The notes beneath the pieces are model-generated. The model saw only the letters and a program-made list of their open reading frames with translations, did not search any database and had not been told where the DNA came from. Both the position numbers and the translations under genes were made by a program. A stretch of DNA of 64,000 nt from Pseudomonas sp. UBA4194 (GTDB taxonomy: Bacteria > Pseudomonadota > Gammaproteobacteria > Pseudomonadales > Pseudomonadaceae): positions 30,833 through 94,832 of the forward strand of contig NZ_DFUE01000030.1 in NCBI RefSeq assembly GCF_002379585.1, written 5' to 3'. This document shows positions 47,557-56,981 of this stretch, piece by piece (within the stretch, counting starts at the first letter, position 1; each line of letters begins with the position of its first letter).

Positions 47557-48636
47557 ATGCTGGAAATTCGTCATATCGTTAAATCCTTCGAAGGCAATCG
47601 AGTCCTCGACGATCTGTCGCTGGATATCCGTCAGGGCGAGATTTTTACGCTGCTGGGCGCCAGCGGCTGCGGCAAGACCACCTTGTTGCGAATCCTCGCC
47701 GGCCTGGAAAGCCCGGATGAGGGAGGGCTGTATTTTCACGGCCAGCCATGGGTCGACACTGCCGCTGGTACCTTCTTGGTGCCGCAGAAGCGGGGGGTAG
47801 GCCTGGTGTTCCAGAGCTATGCGGTGTGGCCGCATCTGAGCGTTTTCGACAACGTTGCCTATCCGCTGCGCAACCAGAAAGTACCCAAGGCACAGATCCG
47901 CGAAAGAGTGCTGGGCATACTCGAGACCGTGGGGCTGGGCGGCTATGACCAGCGCGCAACCCACCAGCTCAGTGGCGGGCAGCAACAGCGCGTGGCGATG
48001 GCGCGCGCACTGGTCGGCGACCCCGCGCTGTTGCTGCTCGATGAACCCTTCAGCAACCTGGATATCGGGTTGCGCAAGCAACTGCGCCACGAACTCAAGG
48101 ATCTGCAGAAACGTCTGGGTCTGACGGTCGTGTTGGTCACCCACGATCAAGACGATGCCTTTGCACTATCCGACCGCATCGCGGTGCTACGTGCTGGTCG
48201 CGTCGAACAGATCGGCAGCGCCGAACAGATCCATGACCAGCCGGCCACATCGTTCGTTCAGCAATTCGTCGGCAGAGGTACGCAACTTCAGGGTCGGCTG
48301 CTGGACGGTGGCAATCGAGCCAGGCTTGCCAACGCCGTGGTCGATCTGGCGCAGCCGCTCGTACAGGCGGTGGACTCACCTGTGACCTTGTGGGTACGCC
48401 CCGACGCCGTGGCACTAAAACCTGCGGGTTCACGCCCAGGCGATGAGGTGCGTGCCCAGGTCACTCACAGCATTTTCGCCGGTGATCGCTACGAGACCCA
48501 CGTCCAGCTCGAAGACGGTCAGCAGCTCATGGCGTATCAGCCACGTAACCATTGCAGCGCGCCCGGGACCTGGGTCGACGTCTTTTTCTCCTCCAATCCA
48601 CACGCCAGCCTGCTGGCCACTCAGGTGTCATCTTGA
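47557..48636 (+). CDS. ABC transporter ATP-binding protein (FbpC/PotA-like)
   Basis: GASGCGKT, LSGGQQQR, LLDEPFSNLD, VTHDQ. Confidence 0.95.
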   Translation: MLEIRHIVKSFEGNRVLDDLSLDIRQGEIFTLLGASGCGKTTLLRILAGLESPDEGGLYFHGQPWVDTAAGTFLVPQKRGVGLVFQSYAVWPHLSVFDNVAYPLRNQKVPKAQIRERVLGILETVGLGGYDQRATHQLSGGQQQRVAMARALVGDPALLLLDEPFSNLDIGLRKQLRHELKDLQKRLGLTVVLVTHDQDDAFALSDRIAVLRAGRVEQIGSAEQIHDQPATSFVQQFVGRGTQLQGRLLDGGNRARLANAVVDLAQPLVQAVDSPVTLWVRPDAVALKPAGSRPGDEVRAQVTHSIFAGDRYETHVQLEDGQQLMAYQPRNHCSAPGTWVDVFFSSNPHASLLATQVSS

Positions 48637-49724
48637 TGAAATCGATCAGCCGTACATGGGTACTGGGCAGCGCCATTCTTGCCCTGTCGCATATCAGCGT
48701 CAGCCACGCCGAAGACTGGAATCAGGTGGTGGCCGCGGCGGAAAAAGAGGGCAAGTTGACCCTGCTTGGCCCGGTCATCCAGCCTTATCGCCAGGCTATC
48801 GAGCAGTTTCAGGCCGCTTACCCGAAAATCCAGCTGCAATACACCGGCGTAACCTCGCCCGAGTTCGAAGCGCGTATCCGCAATGAGCGGCGGGTGAATC
48901 GATACCTGTGGGACGTCACCGTACTGGGCTTCAGTGGTTCGACCTTCACCCAGCAGTTGCCTGATGGCTGGTACGACCCGATCCGGCCATTGATCGTCAA
49001 ACCCGAAGTCCTTGCAAACGAGCATTGGCTGGGTGGCTTCGCGGCAGGCTTTCTCGACAACCAGCAGAAGTACATCTACGCCTTCCAGGCTGGCAAGCAG
49101 AACAACGTCAACATCGACCGCACTGCCGTTCCGGAATCCGAACTCAAAACCCTGGACGATCTGCTTGATCCGAAGTGGAAAGGCAAGATCGCCATTCTCG
49201 ACCCGCGCACCCGGGGCAGCGGCCACCTGATCACGTTGCTGCAGACTACCCTGGGTACGGAAAAAGCTCAGCAGTTTCTTACCCAGCAACAGCCGGTGAT
49301 TGCCGCAACCAATCGTCAGCTGGCTGACTGGGTTGCGCAGGGCGCCTATCCCATCACTTCCGGGCTCAGCCCTTCCGAGATCGCCAGCCTCAAGGAGCAA
49401 GGACTGGCCCAATCGGTCGAGGCGCTGAAAACCCCACCTGAGCAAACGGCCTGGACACCGGGTTGGGGCGCAATTGCCTTGTTGCACAAGCCGCCTCACC
49501 CCAATGCTGCAAAGGTGTTCGTCAACTGGTTCCTGTCGCAACCTGCTCAGGCGGATTGGGCCAAGCGGGGTTTCGTCAACTCACGGCGCACCGATGTTGC
49601 TCCAGGCTTGCCGGTAAGTGCGTTGACGGCGGAGGCGTTCGAGAAAGGCCTGACCTTCAACTCCGAAGCCAACGCCGGCAAGGCCCAACAGGCCACGGAA
49701 CTGGCCCAGAAGGCGCTGCAATGA
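48636..49724 (+). CDS. ABC transporter substrate-binding protein (FbpA/AfuA-like)
   Basis: Signal peptide; AAAEKEGKL, DLLDPKWKGKI, PHPNAAKVFVNWFLS. Confidence 0.88.
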   Translation: MKSISRTWVLGSAILALSHISVSHAEDWNQVVAAAEKEGKLTLLGPVIQPYRQAIEQFQAAYPKIQLQYTGVTSPEFEARIRNERRVNRYLWDVTVLGFSGSTFTQQLPDGWYDPIRPLIVKPEVLANEHWLGGFAAGFLDNQQKYIYAFQAGKQNNVNIDRTAVPESELKTLDDLLDPKWKGKIAILDPRTRGSGHLITLLQTTLGTEKAQQFLTQQQPVIAATNRQLADWVAQGAYPITSGLSPSEIASLKEQGLAQSVEALKTPPEQTAWTPGWGAIALLHKPPHPNAAKVFVNWFLSQPAQADWAKRGFVNSRRTDVAPGLPVSALTAEAFEKGLTFNSEANAGKAQQATELAQKALQ

Positions 49725-49758
49725 ATGCGCAATTGAGCATTGCCTCGCAGGCGGCGGC

Positions 49759-50739
49759 ATGAGCCAGTCCACCGAATTGAGCATTGCGCTGGCCAACTTC
49801 GATCGGCACTTGCCGTTCTTTCTTGGCTGGCTGCCCACATCGGAAGGTTTTCATCTAAAGGCACTGGATGTCGGCATGAGCCCGCCGGGCCGTGATGGCG
49901 GTGATCGTCATGGGCGCATGCTGCGTGACCGCGAGTTCGACATCGCCGAGGTGTCACTGGCCTCTTATATTCTGGCCAAGGCGCAGGGCGCGGCCTTCAC
50001 CGCCGTGCCGGTATTTCCCAGGCGCCTGTTCAGTGCCAATCATATTTATGTGAATACGCGCTCCGGCATCCAGACGCCTGCTGATTTACGGGGTCGGCGT
50101 ATCGCTATCCGTGGCTGGCAGGTGAGCCTGTCGGTGTTGGCCAAAGGCGATCTGAAAACCCGCCATGGTGTCGACTGGCAAGACATCGACTGGGTGGTTC
50201 AGGACGCCGAGCAGGTCGCGCTGAGCGACTCACGCCTGCGCTTGAACCGAATGCCTCAAGGCACCAGCGGCGCAGAGTTGCTGCTGTCCGGTGAAGTCGA
50301 CGCCTTCATTGATCCCAAGCCTCCCCGAGCGATCCTGGACGGGCAGGGCGGGGTACGTAACCTGTTCGCCGATCAGCGTCGTGAATGCCTGGATTACTTT
50401 CAGCAGCGCCGGTGCTTTCCCGCCATGCACCTGCTGGTCATTCGCGATGACGTTGCGCGACGCTTCCCGCAACTGCCGGCCTACCTGATGCACGCCTGGG
50501 ACGATGCCCAGGCCAAGACCCGGCAGATCTACGAAGACTACGCCTATACCAGCATGCCGCTGGGACGACTGGCCTGGGAGCAAAGCCAGCGGGATTTTGG
50601 CGATCGATTGTTCCCCGCCGGATTACAGGCCAACCGCGACAACCTTGAGTGGTTCATCGATTACCTGGTCGACCAACTGCTGCTGCCTGAACCTGTCGCG
50701 GTTGAGCAGCTTTTCCACGCCTCGGTTTTGCGCAGTTGA
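49759..50739 (+). CDS. 4,5-dihydroxyphthalate decarboxylase-like protein (OphC/Pht5 family)
   Basis: LSIALANFDR, EFDIAEVSLASY, VPVFPRRLF, SGIQTPADLRGRRI, FPAMHLLVIR, GLQANR; no signal peptide. Confidence 0.75.
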   Translation: MSQSTELSIALANFDRHLPFFLGWLPTSEGFHLKALDVGMSPPGRDGGDRHGRMLRDREFDIAEVSLASYILAKAQGAAFTAVPVFPRRLFSANHIYVNTRSGIQTPADLRGRRIAIRGWQVSLSVLAKGDLKTRHGVDWQDIDWVVQDAEQVALSDSRLRLNRMPQGTSGAELLLSGEVDAFIDPKPPRAILDGQGGVRNLFADQRRECLDYFQQRRCFPAMHLLVIRDDVARRFPQLPAYLMHAWDDAQAKTRQIYEDYAYTSMPLGRLAWEQSQRDFGDRLFPAGLQANRDNLEWFIDYLVDQLLLPEPVAVEQLFHASVLRS

Positions 50740-50768
50740 TGCGCGCCCTTTCATTTCTGGAGACACCC

Positions 50769-51923
50769 ATGTCTGAACACCTGCAATTGCGCGATGCCGT
50801 GCCGCAGATCCTCGCGCTGGCTGAAGAGATTCGCGAAGAGGGCGCTCGTGCCGACCGCGAAGGCATCGCGCCCAAAGCCAGCCTCCAGGCTCTGCATGCC
50901 AAGGGCCTGTTGCATGTCACGCACTCGGCGGCCCTGGGTGGCCCGGATGGCAGTCTCAAAGGGACGCAGCCTGAGCTGTTTCTGAACATGCTGCGCACTA
51001 TTTGCCGTGCCGACAGCGCCACCGGGCATTGTTTCCAGTTGCATAACCATGCGCTGTGGCAGCTGGAGGCGGTGGGTACGCCCGAGCAGATCGAACTGTT
51101 CGTCAAACCGGCGCTGGAAAAATTCAGCATCTTCTCGGCAGTGGGCAGCGAGCCGGGCCGGATCAATATGTATGAGATGAAAACCCGTGCGACCCGGGTC
51201 GACGGCGGCTGGCTGGTCAATGGAGTGAAGAATTTCGTCACCAACGGCACGATTGCAGACCTGATCATCACTTCCGTGGCGCTGGACGGCGTTGAGGGGT
51301 ATCTGGATAACCTGCAAATGATGCTGATCACCCCTGACATGCCGGGCGTCTCCTGGGACGATGCGTGGTATCAGCCCCACGGTATGCGTGGCGCGCGCAG
51401 CCCGATCATGCACCTGAACAATGTCTTCGTGCCGGACAGCCATCTGCTCGGCGAGCCAGGTGCCTTTGCCCGCCAACGCTGGCAGGGTCGTTTCCACCTG
51501 GGCTTTGCCGCCAATTACCTGGGCACCACCGAGGGTCTGTTCGATTGGTATCTGGACTATCAGCGTGGTCGCAACAAGGGTAACGACCCTTACACCCAAT
51601 TGCGGGTCGGTGAGGTGAAAATGCAGATGGATGCCGCTGCAGCGATGTTCGACAGTGCCGTGCAAGGCTGGCGCAGTGCCGATGTGGTTCAGGCCGAGCT
51701 GCGCTCCATGAGTGCCAAATCCACGGCTGCACGCACCGCCTTCAACACGCTGCAAAGTGTGCTGTATTCGGCGGGCGCCACCGCTCAATTCGAAGAACAT
51801 CCGCTGGGACGCACTGCGCGCAACATCGAGACCTTCGTGGTGCATGCCGGCCATGACCGCACGGCGCAAATCATCGGGCAGGCGCAGTTAGGCGCCACCT
51901 TCGATTCCACGCTGCAGCGTTGA
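50769..51923 (+). CDS. Acyl-CoA dehydrogenase-fold flavin monooxygenase (DszC/SfnB-like)
   Basis: RADSATGHCFQLH, WLVNGVKNFVT, GMRGARS..MHLNNVFVP, AANYLG. Confidence 0.78.
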   Translation: MSEHLQLRDAVPQILALAEEIREEGARADREGIAPKASLQALHAKGLLHVTHSAALGGPDGSLKGTQPELFLNMLRTICRADSATGHCFQLHNHALWQLEAVGTPEQIELFVKPALEKFSIFSAVGSEPGRINMYEMKTRATRVDGGWLVNGVKNFVTNGTIADLIITSVALDGVEGYLDNLQMMLITPDMPGVSWDDAWYQPHGMRGARSPIMHLNNVFVPDSHLLGEPGAFARQRWQGRFHLGFAANYLGTTEGLFDWYLDYQRGRNKGNDPYTQLRVGEVKMQMDAAAAMFDSAVQGWRSADVVQAELRSMSAKSTAARTAFNTLQSVLYSAGATAQFEEHPLGRTARNIETFVVHAGHDRTAQIIGQAQLGATFDSTLQR

Positions 51924-51932
51924 GGAGACATC

Positions 51933-53261
51933 ATGCGCCGTCAATTGCGTTTGGGGTTGTTTCTTCAGGAAACCGGTCACCACATTGCTGGTTGGCGCGC
52001 CCCTCAGGCCGCAGCGGATGCGGGCCGAGACTTTCGCCACCAGGTTGAACTGGCCCAGCTCGCCGAATCCGCACTGTTCGATCTGTTGTTCATTCAGGAC
52101 TCCTATGCCATGCGGGGCGCCAACGACATCAATGCGCTGCAACACACGGCGCGCTCGATTCATTGGGACCCGGTCACTGCGCTGTCCGCGCTCGCCATGG
52201 TTACCCAACGTATCGGGTTGATCGGGACCGCCACCACCACCTACAACGAGCCTTACACACTGGCGCGTCATTTCGCTTCACTGGACCACATCAGTCAGGG
52301 TCGTGCGGGCTGGAACCTGGTCACCTCCAACAACGAGGCAGAAGCCCTCAACTTCAGTCGCGACCAGCATGCCGTGCATGGTGACCGCTATGCTCGTGCC
52401 GAGGAATTCCTCACCGTGGTCAAAGGCTTGTGGGATACCTGGGAGGACGATGCATTCGTTGACGACAAACAGGCAGGGCAGTTCTTCGACCCTGCCAGGC
52501 TTCATGTATTGAATCACCAGGGCGAGCATTTTTCGGTGAAAGGGCCGATGACCCTGGCACGTCCACCCCAGGGACACCCGGTGCTGGTCCAGGCGGGCTC
52601 GTCAGACACAGGCAAACGGCTCGGTGCAGCGACCGCTGACGTCATTTTTACCGCACAACAGACCCTCGAAGCCGCTCAGCATTTCTATGCCGACATGAAG
52701 GCCTTGGCCGCCCAGGCGGGACGTGATCCTGATCAGCTCTTGATCATGCCGGGTCTGTTACCGGTGGTTGCCGCGACCCAGGCTGAGGCCGAAGCAAAGT
52801 TTCAGGCGTTGCAGGATCAGGTACTGCCGGAGGTAGGTCTGGCGACCCTTGCGACGACCTTGGGCGAAGTGGATCTGAGTGGCTACGATCTGGACGGACC
52901 ATTACCCGAGCTATCGGAAGCCAACGGCCCGAAAAGCCGCCGTCAACTGCTGATCGATATGGCGCGTCGGGATAACCTGACCATCCGCCAGCTCTACCAG
53001 CGAGTGGTGGGCGCACGGGGGCACCTGACCATTGTCGGCACCGCTGAACAGGTGGCTGATGTGATGGAACGATGGCTGCTGGAAGGGGCTGCCGATGGTT
53101 TCAATATCATGCCCGCGGAGTTACCGCTGGGGCTGAGTGATTTCACTGAGCGGGTGGTACCTGAACTGCAACGCCGCGGACTGTTCCGCACTCACTACCA
53201 GGGCAGTACGCTGCGTGAGCATCTGGGGCTGGCGCGACCGAGCAATCAACATGCCCGCTGA
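51933..53261 (+). CDS. LLM-class FMNH2-dependent monooxygenase (NtaA/SnaA/DszA family)
   Basis: TATTTYNEPY, FASLDHISQGRAGWNLVTS, RYARAEEF, QAGSS, VVPELQRRGLFR, TLREHLGL. Confidence 0.93.
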   Translation: MRRQLRLGLFLQETGHHIAGWRAPQAAADAGRDFRHQVELAQLAESALFDLLFIQDSYAMRGANDINALQHTARSIHWDPVTALSALAMVTQRIGLIGTATTTYNEPYTLARHFASLDHISQGRAGWNLVTSNNEAEALNFSRDQHAVHGDRYARAEEFLTVVKGLWDTWEDDAFVDDKQAGQFFDPARLHVLNHQGEHFSVKGPMTLARPPQGHPVLVQAGSSDTGKRLGAATADVIFTAQQTLEAAQHFYADMKALAAQAGRDPDQLLIMPGLLPVVAATQAEAEAKFQALQDQVLPEVGLATLATTLGEVDLSGYDLDGPLPELSEANGPKSRRQLLIDMARRDNLTIRQLYQRVVGARGHLTIVGTAEQVADVMERWLLEGAADGFNIMPAELPLGLSDFTERVVPELQRRGLFRTHYQGSTLREHLGLARPSNQHAR

Positions 53262-54603
53262 TACGATCACCCGGCAAATCGCCCTCGCGGCATCAGCGCT
53301 TGCCTATGGTGACATCCCGACGCCAGTGCTCGACAAGGCCAAGCGACTGATAGCCGATACCTTGATCGTTGCCGCCGCGGGCAGGAGTCAGGCGACCAGC
53401 GTCGCCATGGGGCGCGCGGTAGCGCCGTCATCCGGGCAGAGTCGGGTGTGGTTTGCCGACCGGCAGCAAACCTGGTCGGCCATGGACGCTACGTTCTTCA
53501 ACACTCTGCATGCCGCAGCGCTTGACTACGATAGCCTCAACGGTGCCGTACATGCGGATCTGGTCACGCTGCCAGCGGCTTGGGCCATGGCCGAGCAATA
53601 CGAGTGCTCGCCGCGAGAGCTGATCAGGGCGTACGTCATTGCAAGCGAAACGGTCAGCCGCTTGGCGCGCTGCGCAACGGGTATATCCAAAGGGTGGTCG
53701 GGTACGTCCATCTACGGACCTATCGGTGCAGCACTGGCCAGCGGTTTGCTGATGGGGCTCGATGTTCCTCGTCTGACTCACGCGCTGGGGCTTGCGGCGT
53801 CACAGGCTGCTGGCACGCAGCAGGCCAATATCGAGCAAACCCTGACCAAACGGTTGCAACCAGCCCTGGCAGCTCGCAGTGGTGTGTTCGCTGCATTGCT
53901 GGCCGAGGCCGGGGCAACCGGGCCAGGTCAAGCGCTGGAAGGCAAGTTCGGCATGCGGGCCTTGTACCAGCCCGGCGACGATCAGAACGTGCTGGCGGGC
54001 TGGGGGCACGACTGGCAATTGCTCGATACTGCCGTCAAGGGCTTTCCGGTGTGTGCATGCAGCCATGCGGGGATTCAAGCGCTGCTTGATCTCCGAGCGC
54101 GGGTCGGATTCAGCGCGGACCAGGTAGAGCAGGTTGTGGGGATCATTTCGCCGTTCATGCATCGGTTGGTAGGCGGCGACTTCACTGTTCAAGGTGATCT
54201 GCAGGTGGTTGCTCAATTCAACCTGCGTTATCACCTTGCTAGCGTGCTTTTACGCGGCCCCATCAGTTTGAACGACTTGCAACCCGATCGACTTCTGGAT
54301 GACCAGATAAAGGCCATGATCCCGCGCATTCACTTGCAAATTGACGTCGAAAATCGCCATGAGTTGGCGCCGGCGAGCATCCGCGTGACGCTGAAAACAG
54401 GTCAGGTATACGAGCAGATCTGTCGCGCCCTGCCTGGATCGCCCGAATCGCCGCTGTCTGCCGAGCAATGGCGAGCCAAGGCCCGCGCATGTGCGGCACT
54501 TGCTGAACCCAGTATTGAACAGGCGCGTTTGGCTCGATTCATCGCCTCGCTGGAAAGGCTGGAGGATTTGCCCACCATTGAGACGCTTTGGAGCGATGTA
54601 TGA
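53251..54603 (+). CDS. MmgE/PrpD family protein
   Basis: KAKRLIADT, HAAALDYD, TKRLQP..AARSG, LEGKFG, KGFPVCACSH, QFNLRY, GSPESPLS. Confidence 0.88.
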   Translation: MPADTITRQIALAASALAYGDIPTPVLDKAKRLIADTLIVAAAGRSQATSVAMGRAVAPSSGQSRVWFADRQQTWSAMDATFFNTLHAAALDYDSLNGAVHADLVTLPAAWAMAEQYECSPRELIRAYVIASETVSRLARCATGISKGWSGTSIYGPIGAALASGLLMGLDVPRLTHALGLAASQAAGTQQANIEQTLTKRLQPALAARSGVFAALLAEAGATGPGQALEGKFGMRALYQPGDDQNVLAGWGHDWQLLDTAVKGFPVCACSHAGIQALLDLRARVGFSADQVEQVVGIISPFMHRLVGGDFTVQGDLQVVAQFNLRYHLASVLLRGPISLNDLQPDRLLDDQIKAMIPRIHLQIDVENRHELAPASIRVTLKTGQVYEQICRALPGSPESPLSAEQWRAKARACAALAEPSIEQARLARFIASLERLEDLPTIETLWSDV

Positions 54604-55316
54604 AAGATCTGGCTCGGCAGGTCATTTGGGTTACCGGCGCCTCAGGTGCATTAGGGCGGGCTGTCTGCGAGCGTCTGCATGGGCTGGGTGCTCAGGTGAT
54701 CGTGAGTGGGCGGAACGTGGACACCTTGCCGATCAGTCGCTCACGGGTGCAACGCCTGAGCCTGGATGTGACCGACACACAGGCGGTCGAGGCGGCAGCC
54801 CAGGCAATTGTATTGAAGCACGGCCGGATTGACGGCCTGGTGACCTGTACCACGACCCCGCGTTTCGGCGACTTCCTGACGCTACAAGATAAGGACTGGA
54901 GCGAGGTACTAGACACCAAACTGATGGGTTCAATCAGAGCTGCGCGGGCTGTGATCCCGACGATGATCAGTCAGAAGGGCGGCAGCATCGTGTTCATCAG
55001 TGGTCGCGGCGGCACCGTTCCTCCCCCTCGGCATTTACCCGGCGCATGTGCCAATTCGGCATTGAATTTACTGGCCCAGGGCCTGGCTACTGAATACGGC
55101 GAGCATGGGATTCGCGTCAATGCGTTGGCCCCGGGCCCCATCAAGTCGCCCAGGCTTGAACTGATGAAAGCTGGGGTAGCAAACGCCCGCTCTGCGCTGG
55201 GGCACGCAGGAACACCTGAAGATGTTGCTCACGCTGTCACTTTCCTGCTCGGCCCGGGGGCCATGCATGTAACGGGCATATGTTTGCCGGTTGATGGCGG
55301 GCGAGCTAAATCGTAG
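54600..55316 (+). CDS. Short-chain dehydrogenase/reductase
   Basis: VTGASGALG, GRIDGLV, IRVNALAPG, VTGICLPVDGG; classical YxxxK not evident (GACANSA). Confidence 0.85.
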   Translation: MKDLARQVIWVTGASGALGRAVCERLHGLGAQVIVSGRNVDTLPISRSRVQRLSLDVTDTQAVEAAAQAIVLKHGRIDGLVTCTTTPRFGDFLTLQDKDWSEVLDTKLMGSIRAARAVIPTMISQKGGSIVFISGRGGTVPPPRHLPGACANSALNLLAQGLATEYGEHGIRVNALAPGPIKSPRLELMKAGVANARSALGHAGTPEDVAHAVTFLLGPGAMHVTGICLPVDGGRAKS

Positions 55317-55426
55317 GGCTGGGCGCTGCAGAGGGCGACCTTCATGGTACCTCCGGTGGTGTATTGGAACATTGTTCGCCCGCTGCTCTCATGATGCATG
55401 GATCCTTACTGCTTGCTTAAGTCGCC
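55310..55426 (-). pseudogene. Duplicated 5' end and leader of ldhA (remnant MKVALCSAQPYD)
   Basis: 117-bp direct repeat of 57951-58067 with 11 mismatches by my alignment; contains ATG at 55345 and GGAGG RBS. Confidence 0.85.
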
Positions 55427-55455
55427 TTCGCCGAGCGGCGCCCACACTAGCGTAC

Positions 55456-56364
55456 CTAGTCGAGTGTTCTGCACGTGTCTATCAGCAACGTTCTCAACCA
55501 TCGTTGGGCAGGATCATGGTGCGTGCGTTCATGCCAGGCTACGGTCTTGCTGAATCCGGAAATCTCGAGAGGCGGGTCAGTTATCGCTAGGCCGGTAATG
55601 TTCTTCGCCAGCCGGTGCGGTACTACGGCGATAAGATCGCTGGCCTGCAAAATTTCCGGAAGCACCAGAAAGCTTGTCACCGAGACCATCACTCGCCGCG
55701 ACCTGTCGACTTGAGCGAGGGCCTGATCAGTCACGCCCTGGAACGCTCCGCCTGAGGGTGAAACGAGGACGTGATCCAAGGTGCAAAAACGATCCAAGGT
55801 CAAAGCCTCGCCTGTCGCGTCAGGGTGATCTGTGCGCATCACACAAACATAGCGTTCGTTGAATAACGCTTCCGAGTGCAGCATTGCCCCTGTGCTTTCA
55901 GGCGTCAGTAGTGCGAGATCGACTTCCCCCCGCTCGAACTGGGTCGTCAGTTGCAGAGTGTCGATCGGTTTCACGGCAACCCGGATATTTGGTGCCACTA
56001 CTCTTAGTGCACTCAAGAAAGGCACTACTATGGCTTTCAAGGCATAGTCGGTTGAGGCAATAGTGGTGGTCATACTCGCCGTGGCTGGGTCAAATGCTTG
56101 AGGCTGCAGCATTTGTTCGATGTCACCCAGCAGTTGCTTGACCGGGCCCGCTAGTTCCACCCCTCTCAATGTTGGCACCATGCCTCGCTGTGCTCTTACA
56201 AACAGCGGGTCGCCAAAGCTTTCACGCAGGCGAGTGAGCATCCCGCTGACGGCAGGTTGAGTGAGGTGTAACCGTTCGGCCGCGCGGGTGACGCTGCGTT
56301 CGTCGAGGAGCGCATCCAATGCCTTGAGCAGATTGAAGTCGAGGTTCCTGATATCAGATTTCAT
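55456..56364 (-). CDS. LysR family regulator (NodD/MexT-like)
   Basis: LDFNLLKALDALLDERSVTRAAERLHLTQPAVSGMLTRLR, WHERTHHDPAQRWLR. Confidence 0.93.
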   Translation of the reverse strand: MKSDIRNLDFNLLKALDALLDERSVTRAAERLHLTQPAVSGMLTRLRESFGDPLFVRAQRGMVPTLRGVELAGPVKQLLGDIEQMLQPQAFDPATASMTTTIASTDYALKAIVVPFLSALRVVAPNIRVAVKPIDTLQLTTQFERGEVDLALLTPESTGAMLHSEALFNERYVCVMRTDHPDATGEALTLDRFCTLDHVLVSPSGGAFQGVTDQALAQVDRSRRVMVSVTSFLVLPEILQASDLIAVVPHRLAKNITGLAITDPPLEISGFSKTVAWHERTHHDPAQRWLRTLLIDTCRTLD

Positions 56365-56448
56365 GATGCTCAAAATAAAATATGACGATTGGCGTTATTT
56401 CAAGTTAGCACGGACTATAGGGTGATTCCATCAAGCAGAGTGCCTGGC

Positions 56449-56964
56449 ATGAACGAGATTTTTTGGCCCGAGGGTTTTCTTCCGGGCTTCACCGAAAACT
56501 TTGTCTCTAACGAAATGATTGTAGCGGGCATGAATGCTGCCGATATCTGGCCACTGCTGAGCACAGCGACGCTCTGGCCCACGTACTATGCCAACTCAGC
56601 CAACATCCGCTTTCACAATGCTCAAGGGCCGCAATTGGAAGTAGGTGCGCGGTTCTACTTCGAAACCTTTGGTTTCCCGGTAGAAGCGAAATGTACCGAG
56701 TATGTTCAACCTATGGATGGTCAGCCTGGTCGGGTGGCTTGGCACGGTTGGGCAGGCGAAGGCGAGACTCGTATAGACGTACATCATGCTTGGCTGATCG
56801 AGGACTTATCAGACGGTCGCGTTCGGATCCTCACGCAGGAAACTCAAAAGGGCTTACCCGCTCAAGACCTGGCAAGGGCCAAGCCCAACCCGATGATCAA
56901 CGGTCACCAGGATTGGCTAGATGGGATGGTCGGCGCGGCACGGCAGGCCAGCGAGCGTCGCTGA
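56449..56964 (+). CDS. SRPBCC/START-like (polyketide cyclase family) protein
   Basis: IWPLL...LWPTYY, GARFYFETFG, RVAWHGW, HHAWLIEDL, HQDWLDG. Confidence 0.75.
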   Translation: MNEIFWPEGFLPGFTENFVSNEMIVAGMNAADIWPLLSTATLWPTYYANSANIRFHNAQGPQLEVGARFYFETFGFPVEAKCTEYVQPMDGQPGRVAWHGWAGEGETRIDVHHAWLIEDLSDGRVRILTQETQKGLPAQDLARAKPNPMINGHQDWLDGMVGAARQASERR

Positions 56965-56981
56965 CAACACGGGATGGGTTG

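Noticed and set aside
50751..51869. 372-aa minus-strand ORF, and similar ones at 44724-45620, 48621-49541 and 27948-29012
   Set aside because: Shadow ORFs opposite clear genes
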